Below, in pieces: positions 50,562 through 63,654 of a stretch of DNA of 64,000 bases; position 1 is the first letter of the stretch; the number at the start of each line of letters is the position of its first letter. Source of the stretch: Podarcis bocagei (taxonomy: Eukaryota); assembly GCA_964188305.1 (NCBI GenBank), contig OZ076885.1; one strand, written 5' to 3'. The position numbers and the translations under genes were made by a program. The notes beneath the pieces were generated by a model. It was not told the origin of the DNA and did no database searches. It worked only from the letters and a program-made list of their open reading frames with translations.

Positions 50562-50893
50562 CCGCCGCCCAGGCAGCCCTGTGGGAGGTCCCACAGGGTT
50601 GCCTAGGCTGCGGATAGCAGCCTGCTTCTCGGAGCGTCGGGCGCCCTGAAGGCAGAGCGCCCGACGCTTCGGGAACAATTCCGCCGCCCAGGCAGCCCTG
50701 TGGGAGGTCCCACAGGGTTGCCTAGGCTGCGGATAGCAGCCTGCTTCTCGGAGCGTCGGGCGCCCTGAAGGCAGAGCGCCCGACGCTTCGGGAACAATTC
50801 CGCCGCCCAGGCAGCCCTGTGGGAGGACCCGCAGGGATGTCTAGGCTGCGGATAGCAGCCTGCTTCTCGGAGCGTCGGGCGCCCTGAAGGCAG
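50562..50893. repeat. 119-bp tandem repeat, about 2.8 copies
   Basis: CCGCCGCCCAGGCAGCCCTG recurs at 50562, 50681 and 50800. Confidence 0.92.
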
Positions 50894-51441
50894 GGTGCGC
50901 AAGGCTTGGGGCGGCAGCGGACTGCTTGCGTGCACCTAGAAGCTTGGGGCGTGCTGAGGTCAGCGCGCCCCAAGCTTCTGCATGCCGGCAAGCAGTCCGC
51001 TGCCGCCCCAAGCCTCCCGCACCCGGCAGGAGGTCCCGCCGGGTGCGCAAGGCTTGGGGCGGCAGCGGACTGCTTGCGCGCACCTAGAAGCTTGGGGCGT
51101 GCTGAGGTCAGCGCGCCCCAAGCTTCTGCATGCCGGCAAGCAGTCCGCTGCCGCCCCAAGCCTCCCGCACCCGGCAGGAGGTCCCGCCGGGTGCGGGAGG
51201 CTTGGGGCGGCAGCGGACTGCTTGCGCGCACCTAGAAGCTTGGGGCGTGCTGAGGTCAGCGCGCCCCAAGCTTCTGCATGCCGGCAAGCAGTCCGCTGCC
51301 GCCCCAAGCCTCCCGCACCCGGCAGGAGGTCCCGCCGGGTGCGCAAGGCTTGGGGCGGCAGCGGACTGCTTGCCGGCACGCAGAAGCTTGGGGCGCGCTG
51401 AGCTCCGCACGCCCCAAGCTCCTGGTGTAGCGCAGCGCACC
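50893..51441. repeat. 148-bp palindromic tandem repeat, about 3.7 copies
   Basis: GGGTGCG..AGGCTTGGGGCGGCAGCGGACTGCTTGC recurs at about 50893, 51041, 51189 and 51337. Confidence 0.92.
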
Positions 51442-52921
51442 TGGGGGGAAAATAAAAAATTTTTCCTTCATTTCCCCCCCTAAAATCTAGGTGCGTCTTA
51501 TGGGCCGGTGCGTCTTATGGGGCGAAAAATACGGTAGTTAGCTACCTCAAGAGTCTTTGAGAAATGGGATAGAAATATTTTAATAAATGATTCAATCTGA
51601 GGTTTTACAATTGGGCAGGTTGTTACATCTTTACTTGTTTTAGAAACCTCCTTATTGTTTCCAAGCTAAACTTATTTAATATATTTATTCTTCTACCATG
51701 GTCACTTTCAACTTAAATAAACCTTCCCTCCAGTATATTATTGTCTCCTCTGCTGTGTTTGTATAGTAATTTTGCTTTATTTTTTGCTGTGGTTTTAATA
51801 AAGTTAAACAGACCTGACTTTTTCAACCACCACACCTGAGATGAGTTTTCAATTTCTGTGCTTCTTTTAATTGCTTTTCTTCACTTGTGTTTGACTACTG
51901 TATTTTGAGAGAAATGAATTCTAAGTTGGATGGATCTTTCCCAATGAAGTCTTGTCAGTACATTCTGTGTACTGTCAGTGCACAAGAAATGCAATATGAA
52001 TACTACTTGTGACTATAGATTTGCTTATTCAAGACCATGTTAATTTGTTGGTTTAGGACTTGCTCAATGTAATGCTTTCTGAATACTGTAATATATTTGT
52101 GTTGAGGCTGTCTACTATACACTTGATTAGGAAAATAAATTGAGGAAGGATTAATAATAATGTCTGCAACATTGGTTCTTCATATGCTACAGAATATAAC
52201 TGACAGTTTCCACAGTCAGGAATACTGAGCTTGGAGGGAATGGTTGTTCCAGCTGTGAAACCGCTTAGTTTAATTATGAGCTGGAAGCTCCACCCCTTTC
52301 TGGCTCTGACAGACCCTGATCTAGGCAAATGAGCATACATGCCCCTCCCACTTCCTAAGTGCAGCTAGATCCTGCCTATTCCTGTTATTAGGGGATTGGG
52401 ATGGTTCCCAAATGACTGATGTTGAGCCCTCTGGTTCTAGGACAGAGATGTTTGGATCCAGTGGCTCCTCAGTGCCACTGGCAGTGCAGAGATATATACT
52501 AGTGGCATATAATTATGCACAAAAATAACTTAGTGACTTAAAAAACAACAACTTGCAAAGTTCCCCACAAAGTTTGTTGACACAAATAAAGTTAAACAGC
52601 TTTACCTTCTCTAAACTGTCAGTGAATACCTATGATTGTTTAATCTAAATATAGACATTGAGGGGGAAAGAATACATCACTACATAAATTTACAATATAA
52701 TGATGAAATGGGGAAGTTTTCAAAGATTGCAGCTTCTATTTGTCTCAAGCTTCCCCTCTCCCCTTTTTAGGGGGGGAATACATTATTTTTCTACAAAATT
52801 GTCCTTTGTCCCCTATATGAAAGTGGCAAGTACCCAAACTTATTTCAGGTTTGAATAATATTGTTCAGAATTGGATTTGATCTTATGAAATTGGGACTTG
52901 CAAATTGGGGTGGATGGAAAG

Positions 52922-53381
52922 AATAATAATAATTTAATAATTATTATTTCTACCCTGTCCATCTGGCTGGGTTTTCCCAGCCACTCTGGGCAGCTTACAA
53001 CAGAACATTAAAAACAGAATAATACTTCAAACATTAAAAACTTCCCTAAACAGGGCTGCCTTCAGATGTCTTCTAAAAGTCGGATAGTAGTTTATTTCCT
53101 TGACATCTGATAGGAGGGCGTTCTACATGGCTGCCTGGTTCCCTGTAACCTCACTTCTTGCAGGGAGGGAACTGCCAGAAGGCCCTCGGAGCTGGACCTC
53201 AGTGTCCGGGCTGAACGATGGGGATGGAGACGCTCCTTCAGGTATACTGGGCCAAGGCTGTTTAGGGCTTTAAAGGTTAGCCCCAACACTTTGAATTGTG
53301 CTCAGAAACGTCGGGAGCCAACATTCAAGGTCGGTGTTATATGGTCTCGGCGGCCACTCCCAGTCATCATCTAGCTGCCGC
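52922..53381 (-). mobile_element. L2-type LINE 3' fragment
   Basis: Minus strand encodes LTFKALNSLGPVYLKERLHPHRSARTLRSS, same family as 23741. Confidence 0.9.
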
Positions 53382-54387
53382 TAGAATGTATATAAGAATG
53401 GTTTGAAAGCAGGAGAAATTCCATCCTTATCTGCCATCACATTCTATGCAACCTGCAGTTGATCTGTGGGACCTATTTTCAAAAGCCCACAAGCAAAGGC
53501 ATGTGGGATAGGTAGAAGGTTGAGGACAAAGGGAGGAATTAAAGTTTTGCTCCTCCTGCCCTTAGCCAAGATACATATGTATGCTGAATTCACACAGAGC
53601 CACACATTCATAGATGAATACTCTCAAGTATGTGCTCATATCAACAGATCACACCTGCACATCATTGTATGCATGGACACATAATCCTGTTTACCTATTA
53701 ATCTCCCTGACCAATGTCAGGTGACCATGTGTGGCCATAGGCAGATTCCTATTAAGCTGGTGGAAGTTGTGAGGTGGGGGTGCGTGAAGAAACAAGGATC
53801 ACTTTGCTTGGGGAAGTTGTTTTCTACTGTTGTTTCTTGGCAGAGTGTGTGTGCCTGCCCACTTTGGACCCTACTGCTGTGGACTCCTGGCATATGGCCA
53901 CTCAGTATATTATCTCTGAGGAAATCCAGCCTTTGACAGAAAAAAGATTTCCTACCCTGGCTTAAGGGAAGTGGCCCTGCACTATCCTTTGGTTACATCA
54001 GTTTTGGGAAATGGGGGCAATAGAGGTGTTGCTTTGACACCCTCATGTTCTATTTATCTTTGATAGAAACCCTTTCCTGCACTGGGTGACTTAATCTCCA
54101 TGATTGTCTGGATGCAGACAGACCAAGATGCTATGTTGTCAAGATCATTTGGGAAATCATTATCTCCATTTCCCCTTTAGAGTGCTACTTTCTAGAATTC
54201 ACTGTGCTGGGCCAGAATATTACATTTTGAAGGCTTTTCTTCAGCATCTGTAAACATAATTAGTGCAGTTCAGTTGACCTAAAGTATCTACATCTATTTT
54301 TTTGTATCTACAAAAAAAGCTCCATATTTTTTCTTGCGACATTAGGATTTTTTAAATAAGATAATAGTTCCTAAATAGGTTTTGTAC

Positions 54388-54508
54388 CTTGAAGCTACAA
54401 ACATGAGTCTGACCAAACTGCGGGAGGCAGTGGAAGACAGGAGTGCCTGGCGTGCTCTGGTCCATGTGGTCACGAAGAGTCGGACACGACTAAACGACTA
54501 AACAACAA
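54388..54508 (+). mobile_element. RTE/BovB LINE 3' end
   Basis: BovB-type tail ending (CAA)n; 11-bp TSD AGGTTTTGTAC (54377-54387, 54509-54519). Confidence 0.9.
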
Positions 54509-55698
54509 AGGTTTTGTACATTGGGCCCCAAACATATGTAAGCAACATAAATTCATTGAAATTACTGAGATTGCATGTATTTAAGTCTTGAAAGAAGTGA
54601 CGTTATATATATAAATTGATGGGCTAAGACAAGCCAAAGGAACTTCTTTCAGCTTCTGGTGTATTAAGAATTGGTACAGTGAATCACACCTTTTCTTTAG
54701 CATAATATAATAGCATGGCTGATATTTGAAATAAACTACATAGAAGTTAACTTGACATATTTATTCTGGCGACACTATGAGTGTAGATCTATACAGAATT
54801 CGTTTACACGAATCAGTGACCTGTATGACATTTGGCAAGTGAAAAATAAATTTCTCCTTACAGCTTCTATTTGCAGTTTAAAGGAGTATTATCATTTTTA
54901 TTAGATTTTTCTACCATATACTTCAAGAGAAGTAATGAATGAACTGTAGCACTATGCAGAAAGCACTTACTTTCTGGCCATGATCTCATGTGTGCAAGAA
55001 GGGGGTGAACTATTTTCAATGAGGAGTAAATATTACAATTTTAGTTTTTGAAAACTCTATCTGGTCAAAAACTCTAACTGGTCAAGTGTTTCAAACATCA
55101 TCTCAACCTTTTGGTGCTTAATTTGGCTTCTCTGTGAGCAGAACATTACAGAAGGAACATATTGAGGACTCATTTCATCAAATTATAGTATGTTGGAAGA
55201 GAATGTGTGTGTCTATTAAAAGAATCTCTTTCTGAAAATGAAATAATCTCAAAGTGATCCATTGACTTGCATAAAATGTTAGTAATCAAGCTCTTCATGG
55301 GAGCTCATAGTGAATTCTTCTGAAGAAAACCTGACCTGAACATCCTAGCTAATGCTGCTCTTGAGTTCATAGGAACATAACGTTTTGTCAAAGCTGTTTT
55401 TCCCCTTTAGGATTAAATTGAATTTCGAGTAGATTGCTGCAAAAGAAAGTATATTTGGCAGAACTTTCATTGTTCTCTGCGGAGCAGTTATTGACGTAAC
55501 AAATGGACAGAATTTGTCTCTGCATGGGAACATGTTATATACATGGACTTGTTGACTGAGTCACAAGTCAAGGCTCTCTCTTTGAACTGTGTTTTTAGGA
55601 AGGAATTACATTTTTAAAACCTGTCTTTTGACTAAAGTATTTGTGGGAAATGGATTTGAACAAGTAGTTCATTATTTGGGCCCATCTATTCCGTAGTT

Positions 55699-56055
55699 GG
55701 GACGCAGGTGGCGCTGTGGGTTAAACCACAGAGCCTAGGACTTGCAGATCAGAAGGTCAGCAGTTCGAATCCCCGCGACGGGGTGAGCTCCCATTGCTTG
55801 GTCCCTGTGCCTGCCAACCTAGCAATTCGAAAGCACATCAAATTGCAAGTAGATAAATAGGTACTGCTTCGGCGGGCAGGTAAACGGCGTTTCCGTGCGC
55901 TGCTCTGGTTCGTCAGAAGCAGCTTAGTCATGCTGGCCACATGACCTGGAAGCTGTACGCCAGCTCCCTCGGCCAATAAAGCGAGATGAGCGCTGCAACC
56001 CCAGAGTCGGTCATGACTGGACCTAAGGGTCAGGGGTCCCTTTACCTTTACCTTT
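55699..56055 (+). mobile_element. Full-length Sauria SINE
   Basis: GGGACGCAGGTGGCGCTGTGG A box, GTTCGAATCC B box, (ACCTTT)n tail, TSD TTCCGTAGTT/TTCCATAGTT. Confidence 0.92.
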
Positions 56056-59000
56056 TTCCATAGTTAGTTTTCCAGTCTGGGACTTTACCTCTGTATTTTA
56101 GACAGTATTGTAATTTGGCACTTGCCATTATTACCTGTGACCACTTTCAGTTTACTGCTTAGAGTGCTGCTCCTGACTTTTTCAGCTGGTCCAGTTGCTA
56201 CTATAATTGCCTGATACTGACTCATTAAGACCTGCTGGGAAGTGGCAGCAGGAATAGAGCACCACACATAGCCACCCTGTTCAGCACAGAACAAGCACTA
56301 CGATGGCAGCATGTGTGGATGCTTTTTAGATTTAGAGCTTTTAGCTATTTTAAGGCTAGAAAAGGGGTAGAAAGGAAGGGGAGAGTGAGTGTGTGTGAGC
56401 ATCTCAAGTTGCACATTCAGCTTTGTCCCTTCTCCCATGGGAGAGGGCAACTTATAGTAGCAGCATTGGCGAAGAGAGGCGGAGAAGGGCAATTGCAGCA
56501 GCAGGGAGTCTGTCACTGTTCCTGGAGTAGTTATTCATAATGCTGACTTTAGAGATGAAGGACATGACCAAACTACACTACAGTTCAATCAAGGAGGCTG
56601 TATGGCTCAGTCTTGTAGTAACTGGGAGGATGGTTCCATCAGAGGAAGGCCAAGGAATCCAACAGTAAGGCAGACACGGTCCAGAGCTGGTGTGAAGACA
56701 TTGTTCTAGCAGATTTAGTGATGGCTGGGCACTTCATAATCAATTTTGATTTTCTGAACCACCTTGAAACATGCTGGGACTCTTTCTAAGCACTTTCCAT
56801 AACAACTGCAAAATAAAACTTTGAGAAACTTACCTCAGCATCTAGCCAGCCCTCTAACCCACAACCTACCTTAGTGAAGAGGGGTAATAGAGTTGCTGTG
56901 ATGGCTTCTGTAGCTAAAGAAGCCTCATTTTTTGAAGGCATAGGCATTCCTGGATCCTTCTGAGTGTGCTCAAATGATCCATTCTGCTTGGGAACTCAGG
57001 AAATAGTTCCCAATGCCTCTCTGCTTAACACATTGGGTGATGATGGATTAGGAACTCATTTATCAGCTGCCTAGCAGTAGTGGAACTCATTTGAGCACTG
57101 ACCAGGTCCAGATGCAGCCAAGGAAGTAGTCGATTGGGAACCAGGCCTGACCTTCAGGAAGCATTTGAGTGTAATGGCTCGATTCCAAATTTTGGTGCCA
57201 TTGCTGCTTTGGTTTGTTCTATACTTCCAGGAGACATTTTATAATCGGTAAATTTAGGTAAACTATTTCATAGCACTAAGCTGTGGGAATTCTGCATACA
57301 GAAGGGTCTCAGTGCTGAAGACTTAGAAAATGGTGGTTTCATGACCTGATAATAGCTGGTGTGAGGTGTGGCATGTTCTTAATAGGACAACAGAGTGCCA
57401 TATACAAACAGAAACTTAATCAATAAAAAATGTTTCAAGCATGTTATACTCTGGTTCATTATTTTCTGTTTAGTTTCTTGAATATTGTCAGTTGAAAGAA
57501 AATTGCTTGACCACCTAGGGACTACCTTCTCCCATGTCAACTTTTCCCTATGATCAAGTGGAAAGATGTTGCTTCTCTCTCTTTATTTGTGCAGGGTGGA
57601 GAGACACAATTGATGACATTCTTGCTACAATCTGTCATCCTTGCTTTTTTACCAACGTAACTCCTGTCTCCCCATTTGTAGACTAAGAGTAGGTTACATT
57701 ATTAGTATACTGTCCTCCGAGACTCCTAAGTGAAACATTAATGTCAGGGCTGTTGTATGGCAGTGCAATCTTTCCAGATCAGCAGTACATGAGCAATATA
57801 ATATGCAGACTGGATTTTCTGAAGTCATCATTTTGATTTAAATATTCATACTTCAACAAAAGGGGAAAGCTGCTGCTGACTTATGAAAGTGGGTCAAGGT
57901 TTTGTTTGTTTTCAAATGGCCCCGTTTGGTCGTTTGTGATGCGTGACTGCTATTCCAGGCCTGGGAAATGGTTTGTATTTATATATACTTGTGCCTATAT
58001 TAACTTTAAGTCAATTTAAATATATATCTAATACTGAACTTCTTTGTAAGTGTGAAATAAGTTGCAAATACTGTTTTATCCATTCTTCTTAGAGCATGCG
58101 AGTTGTGTTAGTCTGTTCCAGGAAACAAAAACCAAAGAGGCACTTTCAACAAATGCATTGTGACATAAAGTGGGCCAAAGGGGTCATAAGACTGTTGGTT
58201 GATTTTGAATGAGAGGCAACACCAACCAATAATTTGCATCATATATGTGCAGAAAAGATACAGTGTTGGAAGTCACATTTCTTTGACAAAACTGGTAAAA
58301 AGAAAGTTGCAAGTGCTTGCAGTTGCTTTCATTAGGCACTTTGGATTTTTTGACTCACTAAACCGACTTTGTTTGGAATGTGTTTTTGCATTCATTCATT
58401 TACTGAAAAAGCTGTATCCCACTGCTTCTGCTCCAAAGAGTGAGATTTCCAATGTTCCACCTAGCTTTTCTTTGTAGGATTGGTTTCAGTTTTTGCAAGC
58501 TGGTGACACTGACAAGGGGCATGTCAGAATGTGCTTTCAAAACCTTTGCATTTCATGGCTGATTAAAGCTAGCTTTGGGTTCTATTGAGCTTGCACTTTT
58601 TGGTACATAAGAATCTACATTTGCTGAATAAGTTTTCCATTAGTATACAGCAGGGATGAGGAACATCCAGCCCATGTGCAAAACTTTCTAGTTTGGCCCA
58701 CAATACAGTTTCCCTCAAATCATGCCCATCTGTCAAATATGGCCCATCACAGCCAGAAGAGGTTCCCTACCCTGGCATATAGGATGTTCTTTATATTTAA
58801 AAGTATCTAATGTTTGTAATGATTTTAAAAACACAGTCACTTTGCAATATGATAGACACAGTACAAAAGGAAAAAGTTATGAGGGAAGAGAAAACAAACA
58901 AATTCAGGTACTAATTCTTCATAAAGGCACATTGGTCTTTGTGAGCAAATTTCATCCCAGAAATGTTATATACCAGATTGTCTGAAAACTTTCTTACGGC

Positions 59001-59812
59001 AGTTCAAGTAGTACTTTGTCTCCATTTATCTATGACTGTTAAGTAATTTGGTATACCTATTACTCATGTGGCTGCCTTTCTCCTGAGGCCATTATTTTAA
59101 AATTGCTGTCAAAACAAATTAAAGTAAAATAACTTAAGCTCAAGGGGCCAAAGATTTTTCTTATTAGTCGAAATAGAGGTAGATATATTTCTTTCAAGTA
59201 TGTATCATAGGTGTGGTTACTTGGAATGATCCTAGGTAGGAAGTCAGGGATTCCAAAATGGAGCATGTTGGGAGCTGAGTTGTTGAAAACCATGAATTGC
59301 CTAAGAACACCACACAGTGTTGATGTACTTAGGTGGGTGTGGTCCTGCTTGGTAGCCTGAGAAACCACTGAAAAGTCTCAAGTTTGTGTAGTAGTAATAG
59401 TAGTAGTTGTTGTTGTTGGTATTAAAGTTATCATCGATTTGTCATGATGATCTGCATCTGAATTCCAAATTCTTTGGAGGAATGCCACAGAAATGAGTTT
59501 TTAAGCTTCACATAAGATGGCATGGATTTTCCAATGCCTCCTGATGGGTTTTAGAAACTTTAGCAAGAAAAGGGAAAGCCACACATATTGTATCAAGTGA
59601 CTAAAAGTGTCAGCTGGGAAGTTCCCAATTCACTTACCCCTCAGCCACAGATTACTAAGGTCTCAACCTCAGGGCCTCACTAGCAATATGAGGATAACAA
59701 TTTTAAAAATTATATACACTCTATTTTGACAACAGGGTTTCAAAGGCCTGCAATACACAATAAGTAACACAGATATTGCAAAGTTTACAGCTGAAAGCTT
59801 ACAGACGAAAGC

Positions 59813-60201
59813 TAGGATGGGTAACCTTTTTGGCTTGGCAGGCCAGTTTTTTTAATCTCTCCAGCACTGTGATCCAACCTTGATAGATGGGGTGGGACAA
59901 AATCATCTGACATCCTAGTGACACCCAGTGATCAATGCCTGTCAAGGTCCCTTATGCAAAGACTTCCAAAACCCTGAGTATAGGGCTGGTGAAGTGCTTT
60001 ACACAGTGGCTCCCAAGCACCTGACAACCAGTTTGTTCTTGGTTGCTTGGAAAATGCTGATAAATATAGCACTGCCTGCAGCTCCTTTACCTGCCTGCCC
60101 CACACCAGCTGTCTGATGTGGGGCAGGTGGGCTTGGCTTAGCCAAAATGACCTGGTGGGCCAAGCAGGGAGGTCTGGTGGGGCAGAAGGTCCACACTCCT
60201 G
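59813..60201. mobile_element. Degraded hAT-like MITE
   Basis: Termini TAGGATGGGTAACCTT / AAGGTCCACACTCCTG; no clear TSD. Confidence 0.35.
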
Positions 60202-61955
60202 GGTCAAAGGAGTGAGATAATTATTTTGCTAAAACAGCAAACTTTCTAAATTAGAGTGAATACCATCTAGAACATATTTGCAGCATATTTTACGGGCTTG
60301 GAGTACTTCACATAAATTCTCTGCAATCATTGCAAAAGCTCTACACCATAGGCCTGCATTTCTTGTTCTGTAAGAAGAAGATAGGGTGAAGGGCTATGTG
60401 TGATTTTTTTTTCAGTGAGAGAACAACATGGGGAAAGGGATTAAATTTTATTTCCTTGCCTGACTTATCCTGTAGTTCTGATCAGGATTAGGAGCCCCAT
60501 GGTTGATTTTTATGAAGAAAACAACAAGAAAATCCCAAGTATGTAGTTCAGATATGTCTTGTTTAAAGTAACATGTAGTTTGAGCCTTTGTTACTGTTCT
60601 AAAAAGTTTCTGCTTTCAATAATTGACTGGTCTAGTGCCAACCCTGTACTGTACATGATTCATTTGACGTGATCTATCTTTAGTGAGCCCATGCTGCTTT
60701 GCATTGTCTTTGCTATTTTCTTATATAACTTTTTGTTCTAAGACTTCATCTGACACTTAAGTTAAATCTAACAGAGCCTGTAGTTACCTGGATAGAGTTT
60801 ATTCTCTTCCTTGAATATAGGTAAAATATTGGCTGTAATCCAACCACTGGGTTCCTTACCCCCTCCAGAGTTAATTGACGTGTTACAAATTGTTTTTGGA
60901 TCTGCTATTGCACATGCAGGCTTCTTTCACTATTTTTGGACAGCGATTGCGCAGCACTTGAGATTTGAATACATTTGGAACTGTAAGCTTCTCAGAACCT
61001 GGTGGCGTTGTGTGTTTTATTTTATAACAGTGGTTTTTTCCACAAAAGTTCAGATTATCCTGTGGTAGCAATGTAAAACTTACCTGTTTGGATGAATGTT
61101 TCTAGTAGCTTGTGATGAGATGGTGCCTTTAAATGGCAAATGCAGTTTTTAATATAGCTTTTGTTTTGTTTTAAAAAAAATCTCAGTTGTACTTTCAGAA
61201 ATGAGACATATTAAAAATAAAACTTGCAAAACCTGCTGCTTATCTGTTCATAGTCTCATCTTGACATCCTCATTTTCTTAGTTGAGATAAAATAAACACT
61301 AACGAATTGAAGCATATCCGTATGTGTATTTGCCATCATTTGTATTAAACTGTGGTCCCGCTCACTAAAATAAACTCCTGGAAAATTATATTTGCTACGT
61401 AAGTAATTTTCAGTAAGCATAATATTGGAGTCTATTGAATGAAACTTACTGAGAATTTAAAATCCTTCCATGATGAAAGTTGTCATTAAAAACTGACACA
61501 TATATAATACTTTGTTAGATTTGTTACTACACTAGGTTTGCTATGGTCAGAAAAAGGGGGGGGGGGGAATGAGGGGAAACAACCATTACAGGAAGTGAAA
61601 TTCTAGAACAGGCCGAGTAATGACATTTAATATGCAGCAAACAAGAAAATAAAATATGAGCCACTTTACTTATTAAGCATTTTCATGGAATGAATTATAT
61701 GCTGAAACTACGAAAAAAGACAGGAATAATTCTTTAAAATGGATATTCTTTGAATGCTAATTATGGTAGGTGGTGTTTATTGCATTTCAACATACATAGG
61801 GCTGCAAGAACCAATGCTTAATCATAGTCTTTTAGTGATGAAAATATAAAATGACAAACGCTTCACACTTGGCTTCATTTTACTGTTTGCAAATTCTTAC
61901 GCAAATCAGTTCACCTCATTGGTTTGTGCTACTGTTAAATAAAGAACATGAATTT

Positions 61956-62155
61956 NNNNNNNNNNNNNNNNNNNNNNNNNNNNNNNNNNNNNNNNNNNNN
62001 NNNNNNNNNNNNNNNNNNNNNNNNNNNNNNNNNNNNNNNNNNNNNNNNNNNNNNNNNNNNNNNNNNNNNNNNNNNNNNNNNNNNNNNNNNNNNNNNNNNN
62101 NNNNNNNNNNNNNNNNNNNNNNNNNNNNNNNNNNNNNNNNNNNNNNNNNNNNNNN
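61956..62155. other. Assembly gap
   Basis: Run of N. Confidence 1.
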
Positions 62156-62726
62156 TCTCTCAAGAATGTCCTGTTAGATATATAACATAATATGGTCTCA
62201 GACATATTGGATTTTGGAACAGGAAGCATTTTTCTGGTTTGGCTCTTTGCCATATGAGAATGGATCTGTAGAAGTAAAAAGAGAATGTGTTCCACCTTAC
62301 TGGCCTAAGCTGCTCCTAACCTTCAGTTTTGCACTAAAAATATTTTATTAACTAGCTAGAACATATTGCGTGCATAGAGAATATGATATCCAAATTAGCT
62401 ATTCACAAGTCGAGAGATGAAAGTGAAGTGCTAAATAGGAAGGAAAGGGCTTGTTGTGGTGGCTTATGAAGAATCTCAGCCAAGATTGCACAATGGCATC
62501 TCATCTGTGGCTTTGATGCATAGCGTTGTTGGTTTGGAGCATGATAAAGTTTTCTGTTTCTTCTGTTTTCTTGTTGAAAAATCCAACTTGTGTTACACCA
62601 GTCTTACGTATTTGAAATCTGGTCAGTGATCTTGTTTTGGAAAATATATGAAAGAATGTTGTTTAAATATCTAAGGTGTCTGGTGACTAGAATTGCAGGT
62701 ACAGTATTTAAACTGTTTATTGTATC

Positions 62727-62755
62727 ATGATGATGATGATGATGATGATGATGAT
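62727..62755. repeat. (ATG)n microsatellite
   Basis: Seen directly. Confidence 0.95.
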
Positions 62756-63098
62756 TACTATCGTTTCCATGCTCAACAATGTTGTTGTTGTTTGGTGTAT
62801 GAAAGTGTTCACTCTACTTTGTTTTTGCATCCACCATGCAAAAATGTTTCATGAAACCATTAGAACATTGGCCTTAGCTCAGTGTGTGGAAGGCTGGAGA
62901 GCTATGACCTGCTTTTCATTAATATTTGCCGCATCAAGTTTCCTTTTTGAGATGGTGACTGACCCTCTCTTCAGCAGATTCTAGCAGGCTAAAACATACC
63001 TTGAACAGAAGGTATCGTCTGATGACTCTTCCATTTCCAAACAATGTTTGGATGGTAGCTGGAAGCCAGATTTTCTAGATTACTAGATTAGTGCCTTG

Positions 63099-63285
63099 NN
63101 NNNNNNNNNNNNNNNNNNNNNNNNNNNNNNNNNNNNNNNNNNNNNNNNNNNNNNNNNNNNNNNNNNNNNNNNNNNNNNNNNNNNNNNNNNNNNNNNNNNN
63201 NNNNNNNNNNNNNNNNNNNNNNNNNNNNNNNNNNNNNNNNNNNNNNNNNNNNNNNNNNNNNNNNNNNNNNNNNNNNNNNNNNNNN
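63099..63285. other. Assembly gap
   Basis: Run of N. Confidence 1.
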
Positions 63286-63608
63286 CTCCCTTTATCCATA
63301 GAAGATCACAGGGCAGTTCACAACAAATTAGAAAATGAGAACTTGTGCCTGGTTTTCAGAGTCCATGCTAAAGAGGGTTTAGCATTAGATTCAGTAGTTC
63401 AAGAATCCTTTAGAGGAGGCATTAGCATGAATAAGCATTGGTGTTGCATTATAAAAACTTCAGTAATTCAAAAGTAATGTTGTGATCACTTTCCCACATT
63501 TTAAAAATCAATAATTCATACAAACTCCAAGTTGCACTTATACACACATGGTCAGTTTCTTGGGATTTACCGAGGTAATTTATCATTGGCAGTTGCATTT
63601 TAGCCTTT

Positions 63609-63654
63609 CTGAGGGTAGTTATGCAGTACTTTCTTACTGCATAACTACCCTCAG
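63609..63654. repeat. Perfect 20-bp inverted repeat with a 6-nt loop
   Basis: CTGAGGGTAGTTATGCAGTA-CTTTCT-TACTGCATAACTACCCTCAG. Confidence 0.95.

Larger units (their letters stand above)
50401..51534. mobile_element. Tc2-like MITE expanded by internal palindromic tandem repeats
   Basis: 27-bp TIRs CCGTATTTTTCGCCCCATAAGACGCAC / GTGCGTCTTATGGGGCGAAAAATACGG; flanks CA/TA; first ~150 bp shared with the MITE at 10362. Confidence 0.9.

Noticed and set aside
50562-51441. CRISPR-like array, or overlapping 110-170 aa ORFs
   Set aside because: The units are contiguous with no unique spacers and lie within MITE TIRs. ORFs in all frames reflect GC-rich palindromic repeats.
61851-63477. ORFs containing X runs or poly-M
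   Set aside because: Artefacts of N gaps and the (ATG)n repeat.
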